From Thermoanaerobaculia bacterium (GTDB lineage Bacteria > Acidobacteriota > Thermoanaerobaculia > UBA5066): DNA of 64,000 nucleotides. This document shows positions 59,957-64,000 of this stretch, piece after piece. The position numbers and the translations under genes were made by a program. Where the stretch lies: assembly GCA_963719225.1 (NCBI GenBank), contig CAVRAY010000001.1, positions 576,001 to 640,000 of the forward strand, given 5' to 3'. The notes beneath the pieces are model-generated. The model was given only the letters and a program-made list of their open reading frames with translations. It did no database searches and was not told the DNA's origin. Within the stretch, counting starts at the first letter, position 1; each line of letters opens with the position of its first letter.

Positions 59957-59960
<4 letters not shown>

Positions 59961-60433
59961 AACATCCGGTTCCCCAGGTGGGGCCGATCGACGACCTCAT
60001 CGAGGCGACCCTGCAGCGCGCCGGGATGCGGGCGGACTCTGCCGAGCCGGAGAGGCCCCGCGCGAGCGCCGACCCCGCCCTCGACGAGCGCCTCACGGCG
60101 CAGCTCAAGAAGGGCGTGGCCGCCCTGCTCGACAAGAAAGCCGAGAAGCTCGTCGTCCTGAACCTCCAGGGCCTGACGACGATGTCCGACTACTTCGTGC
60201 TGGCCACGGCCGGCAGCGATCGGCAGGCGCAGGCGCTCGCGGACGCCGTGGAGATGGCTCTCAAGACGGAAGGGCGCCGGCCCCTCTCGATCGAGGGGTA
60301 TCAGTCCGCGGCCTGGATCCTCCTCGATTACGGCGACGTCGTGTTCCACGTCTTCCACCACGAGGCGCGCCGCTTCTACGGCCTCGAGAGACTCTGGGGG
60401 GATGCTCCGGACGCCACGGCGGCGTTCCGCTAG
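59957..60433 (+). CDS. rsfS: Ribosome silencing factor
   Basis: DKKAE, DYFVLAT, WILLDYGDVVFH, YGLERLW; alternative ATG 60026. Confidence 0.92.
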
Positions 60434-60440
60434 GCGCTGA

Positions 60441-61397
60441 GTGGCGAGACGCGCCGCAGTCCCGGTGCTCTTTTCGACCCGGCATCGCGGCCTCAAGGAA
60501 CAGCTCAGGAGGCTCGCGCGCGCCGCGGACTCCGCGAATACCGTGCTCCTCCTCGGATCGCCCGGAACCGGCAAGGACCGGCTCGCGCGACTTCTCCACG
60601 AGCGCTCGTCGCGCGCGAACGCCCCCTTCGTGCGCGTGGATCTCGCGGCCGTGGCCGACGACCTCTTCGAGAGCGAGCTCTTCGGCCACGAGCGCGGGGC
60701 GTTCACGGGCGCCGTCGCGGGGAAGCCCGGCCTTCTCGAGGGCGCAGGCGACGGCACGCTCTACCTCGACCGGGTCGACGCGCTTTCCCTTCGAGCCCAG
60801 GGAAAGCTGCTGCGCGTCGTCGAGGAGCGCCTCGTGCGGCGCGTGGGGGGCATGCGTATGCTGCCGCTCAAGGCGCGCCTCGTGGCGTCCGCCGGGCCGG
60901 ATCTGCCGCGCCGGGCACGCGCGGGGACGTTTCGGGAGGATCTCTTCTACCGCCTCGCGGTCGTCACGGTCAGCCTTCCGCCTCTCGCCGAGCGCCGCGA
61001 GGACCTCGTTCCGGCGGCGCGCGCCCTCGCGAAGGCCGCGGGCGGCCCGGCCACGTTCACGGCCGCCGCCCGACGCGTGCTGCTCTCCCACGCGTGGCGT
61101 GGAAATTTTCGCGAGCTCGAAAACGTGGTCCGCCGTGCGGCGAACGACGCGACGGCCGCGGGCGCGGCCGCGATCGATGCCCCCCACGTGAAGCTCACGG
61201 GCCCCTCGGATCCCGAGGCGCTTCTCCACGCGGCGGCCCACGCGCGCTGGACTCTGCGGCAGCTTTCGGACGCGTACATCACCCTCGTTCTGGACGAGGC
61301 GGGCGGAAACGTGACGGAAGCGGCGCGCCGCCTCGGGGTCGCCCGCAAGACCCTCTATGCGCGCAAGGATGGCGTCCGAAGAGAACGATCTTCTTAG
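60441..61397 (+). CDS. Sigma54-activator-like AAA+/Fis-HTH protein without an N-terminal sensor domain
   Basis: GSPGTGK, ESELFGHERGAFTGA, FREDLFYRL, WRGNFREL, C-terminal HTH. Confidence 0.88.
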   Translation: MARRAAVPVLFSTRHRGLKEQLRRLARAADSANTVLLLGSPGTGKDRLARLLHERSSRANAPFVRVDLAAVADDLFESELFGHERGAFTGAVAGKPGLLEGAGDGTLYLDRVDALSLRAQGKLLRVVEERLVRRVGGMRMLPLKARLVASAGPDLPRRARAGTFREDLFYRLAVVTVSLPPLAERREDLVPAARALAKAAGGPATFTAAARRVLLSHAWRGNFRELENVVRRAANDATAAGAAAIDAPHVKLTGPSDPEALLHAAAHARWTLRQLSDAYITLVLDEAGGNVTEAARRLGVARKTLYARKDGVRRERSS

Positions 61398-61402
61398 AAG
61401 GT
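61378..61402 (+). repeat. Motif copy that supplies the stop codon of the bEBP gene
   Basis: GAAGAGAACGATCTTCTTAGAAGGT; TAG at 61395-61397. Confidence 0.55.
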
Positions 61403-61539
61403 GATATGGCTTGCGTCCTCTTGGGGCGTGATATCCTCCGCCATTCTCGAAGGGCCCCAATGCTCCTCACGGAGCAGTAAACCGGCCGATCGCAACGTTT
61501 TACCGCCTATCCAAAGTCATCTCGAGGGAGACGACCAGC

Positions 61540-61929
61540 ATGCCACTCAAAGCCGCAGCGATGCCCGCGAAGCCCCTGAGGAAGGAGGCCGGCGAGAAGG
61601 TCAAGAAGCGCCTCCTGGCCCGGCGCGACGAGCTGCTCAAGGACCTTGCGAAGAACCGCGAGGTCTCCGAGGAAACAGTCGACGAATCCGCGCAGGACAT
61701 GGCGGATCGCGCGACGTCCGCCTACACGAAGGAGTTCGCGTACTCGCTTTCAGAGAGCGATCGGAAGATCCTTCTGCTCATCGAAGAGGCGCTCTCACGG
61801 CTGGAAGCCGGAACGTACGGAACCTGCATCCATTGCTCTCAGCCCGTTCAGGAGAAGCGCATCGAGGCGGTTCCCTGGGCGCGCCACTGTCTCGACTGCC
61901 AGGAGCTTCAGGACAAGGGACTGCTGTAG
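61540..61929 (+). CDS. DksA/TraR C4-type zinc finger protein
   Basis: DMADRA coiled-coil tip; GTCIHC...RIEAVPWARHCLDC. Confidence 0.9.
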   Translation: MPLKAAAMPAKPLRKEAGEKVKKRLLARRDELLKDLAKNREVSEETVDESAQDMADRATSAYTKEFAYSLSESDRKILLLIEEALSRLEAGTYGTCIHCSQPVQEKRIEAVPWARHCLDCQELQDKGLL

Positions 61930-61948
61930 CGGGATTTCGGAGCTTCTT

Positions 61949-63391
61949 CTGAAACGCTCCGATCCCTTCGCCCCTCTGGCCCCGCTCCTTGCGGCCGCAC
62001 GCACGACGCCCCTCCACCCCCTGCTCTTCCTGACCGGGGACGACGACTGGATCGTGTCCGAGGCCGTGCGCCGCGTGGCGGCGGCGTTCCGGGAGGCGTT
62101 TCCCGAGGGCGAGGTCACGGCGCACGAGGCGACGGGCGAGGGCGTCAAGGAGGCCGTCGCCGATGCGGCGACCATCGCCCTCTTCGCGACGAACCGGCTC
62201 GTCGTCCTGGAGGCAACCGAGCTGTTCCGCGGCAAGGGCCTCACGGCCGAGGAGCTAGACGCGCTTCTCGACGAGGCCGAGGAAGCGGGTGACGACGCGC
62301 GCGCCCTCGCGCGGCTCGGACGCAGGGCCGGCGCCCTCGCCGCGGCAGCCGGCGTCCCCATCGGCGACGATCCCGAGGAGGCGGCACGCCGGATCGCCGG
62401 GCGCGTCAAGCGGGCGGACCGGGCCGGGTCGCTTGCCGCGCTTCTCGCGAGCGTCCCGGAGTCCGAGGGAGTGGAGACGGCGCTCGAGACGCTCCTCGAT
62501 TTCGCGCAGCGCGCGCGACCTTCCGACAACGTTCTTCTGGTCCAGGCCCTCTCACCGGATGCGCAGCACCGCGGGACGCAGAGTCTCAAGCGCTCGGCGC
62601 GGTCCGCGGATCTGTCCGTGCCCGATGAAGCGTCGCGCCGCGACCGCCTCTCGGCGCTCGGTCTCGAACGCGCGATCGAGCGGAAGATGCTCGTCGACAA
62701 GGAGGTGTTCGACCTCCTCTCGGGGCGCGGCCGGCTCTTCGCGAGGCCGTTCCTCTCGGACCTCGACCGCCTCATCGATGCGGCAACCGGACCGCGAGTC
62801 ACCGGTGAGGAGGCCGCGCGACAGATCGCCGACGAGAGCAAGGAATACGGATCGGACTTCGTCGAGGCCGTCGTCCAACGCGATCTTTTTCAGGCGCTGC
62901 GCCTGCTCGCGAAGCTCCTTTCCGGGGCCACGTTCACGGCGTTCCGGCCCTGGGGAGGCAGAGAGGAAGCGCCCGCCGGAAAGAAGGGTCCCCGCGGCGA
63001 CGCCGCCTTCTTTCCGCTTCTCGGTCTCCTCGCGGCCGAGCTTCGGCGCATGCTCGCCCTTCGGGCGGGGCTGGACGAACGCCAGGTCCCTCCCGCCCTG
63101 GTCCGGCGCACGGACTATCGCGGGTTCGTGGATCGGGTCCTGCCCGCGCTCAAGGCGCCGCGAGAGGGGCTTCCACCCTTCTTCGTCGAAGCGCATCCCT
63201 TCGTCCTGCACAAGGCCTATCTCGCGGCTCTCGGCTGGACCCTGGAAGACCTCCGGCGCGCGCTCATGGGTCTGGAAGCGGTGGACCGCGGCGTGAAGAG
63301 CGGAGCCGGATCCGGCCCCGAGCTCCTCGAGGCCTGGCTCCTGGAGCGCCTGCCGCCCGCGCCCGTCCTCGCGGCCGGAAGGGTGGGCTGA
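61949..63391 (+). CDS. holA: DNA polymerase III delta subunit-like protein (long form)
   Basis: LFLTGDDDW, ALFATNRLVVL, HPFVLHK, DRGVKSG; apparent CTG start. Confidence 0.65.
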   Translation: MKRSDPFAPLAPLLAAARTTPLHPLLFLTGDDDWIVSEAVRRVAAAFREAFPEGEVTAHEATGEGVKEAVADAATIALFATNRLVVLEATELFRGKGLTAEELDALLDEAEEAGDDARALARLGRRAGALAAAAGVPIGDDPEEAARRIAGRVKRADRAGSLAALLASVPESEGVETALETLLDFAQRARPSDNVLLVQALSPDAQHRGTQSLKRSARSADLSVPDEASRRDRLSALGLERAIERKMLVDKEVFDLLSGRGRLFARPFLSDLDRLIDAATGPRVTGEEAARQIADESKEYGSDFVEAVVQRDLFQALRLLAKLLSGATFTAFRPWGGREEAPAGKKGPRGDAAFFPLLGLLAAELRRMLALRAGLDERQVPPALVRRTDYRGFVDRVLPALKAPREGLPPFFVEAHPFVLHKAYLAALGWTLEDLRRALMGLEAVDRGVKSGAGSGPELLEAWLLERLPPAPVLAAGRVG

Positions 63392-63395
63392 GCCG

Positions 63396-64000
63396 GTGGC
63401 CGAGACTCTCCGCCCGCCCGTGCGTTTCGACCGGCGCGACCGTGTCTTCGTCGTCCTCTGCCTGCTGACGATCCTCGCGGGCGCTGCGGTCTTTCACGCG
63501 GGATTCTCGCGGGCGTTCCCCGAGGCTTCGATCGACTTCAAGGTGACGCGCGAGGAGGCCGTTCGGCGCGGCGCCGAGGCGCTCCGCGCGCGCGGATTCG
63601 AGCTCGAGGGCACGCGCGCGCTCGTGGTCTTCGACGGCGACGACGAGGCGAAGGTCTACCTCGAGAGGACGCTCGGCCTCGAGAAGGCGAACCCTGTCTT
63701 CAAGACGACGGTTCCCGTGTGGCGCTGGTCGGTGCGCTGGGTGCGCCCGCTCGAGAAGCTGGAATACCGCGCGGCCGTGGCGCCGGACGGACGCCTTCTC
63801 GCGGTTCGGCGGATCCTGCCGGAGAAGGCGGCCGCGCCCGACCCCGGCGAAGCCGCGGCGCGCACCCTCGCGGAGGCGGAGATCAGGACTTTGCGCGGCC
63901 TCGACCCCTCGGCCCTGAAGTTCATCGAGACGACCGTCAACAGGCGGCCGGAGCGCGTCGACCGGACGTTCGTGTGGGAGTCGAACACCATCCGCTTCGG
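63396..64000 (+). CDS. Membrane protein, N-terminal part (possibly large CPBP-family metalloprotease); runs off the window
   Basis: Open frame from GTG 63396: TM helix, then RAFPEASIDFKVTREEA. Family assignment from memory of similar N-termini. Confidence 0.5.
   Translation, partial: MAETLRPPVRFDRRDRVFVVLCLLTILAGAAVFHAGFSRAFPEASIDFKVTREEAVRRGAEALRARGFELEGTRALVVFDGDDEAKVYLERTLGLEKANPVFKTTVPVWRWSVRWVRPLEKLEYRAAVAPDGRLLAVRRILPEKAAAPDPGEAAARTLAEAEIRTLRGLDPSALKFIETTVNRRPERVDRTFVWESNTIRF

Noticed and set aside
61400-61540. Sigma54 promoter or sRNA upstream of dksA
   Set aside because: The GG-N10-GC spacing is not met. Only a TGnTATCCT extended -10 and a small hairpin (TGCTCC-TCAC-GGAGCA) are visible, which is too little to call an RNA gene.

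Overview
High-GC bacterial chromosomal segment with about 60 genes. Gene styles suggest Acidobacteriota, probably Thermoanaerobaculia-like (inference only). No tRNA/rRNA, CRISPR, IS element or prophage was recognised. Contents in order: partial selA; MXAN_5187-C-like and TPR genes; tldD/pmbA; an acyl-CoA carboxylase operon; a DsbC-like oxidoreductase; a pseudokinase-TonB fusion; mltG-ruvX; thiolase-scoAB; lptD; an rfbD/(phytol kinase-DUF92 fusion)/UbiA operon; a polyferredoxin-HEAT-Rieske-split cytochrome b-octaheme cytochrome c-cupredoxin operon whose cytochrome b region is full of indels (probably assembly error); vapBC; hflX; a pentose-phosphate operon with PPi-PFK; a COG2403/ArcE-like gene; a degenerate PTPS; a trxB-ahpC / rubrerythrin-FeS-DUF3501 oxidative-stress locus with PerR/Fur-like boxes; lemA with three TPM genes; and rplU-rpmA-obg-nadD-rsfS-bEBP-dksA-holA. 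Most notable observations: (1) a dispersed AT/purine-rich motif (R-rich tract-GATTT(T)CTTAGAAGG), about 15 copies, often in convergent inverted pairs, including one inside an in-frame insertion in a gene; (2) a VTE5-VTE6-like fusion coupled to an HPT/chlorophyll-synthase-like prenyltransferase; (3) a b6-type bc complex operon with a polyferredoxin; (4) three apparent pseudo-enzymes; (5) widespread leaderless gene starts and three likely CTG starts.
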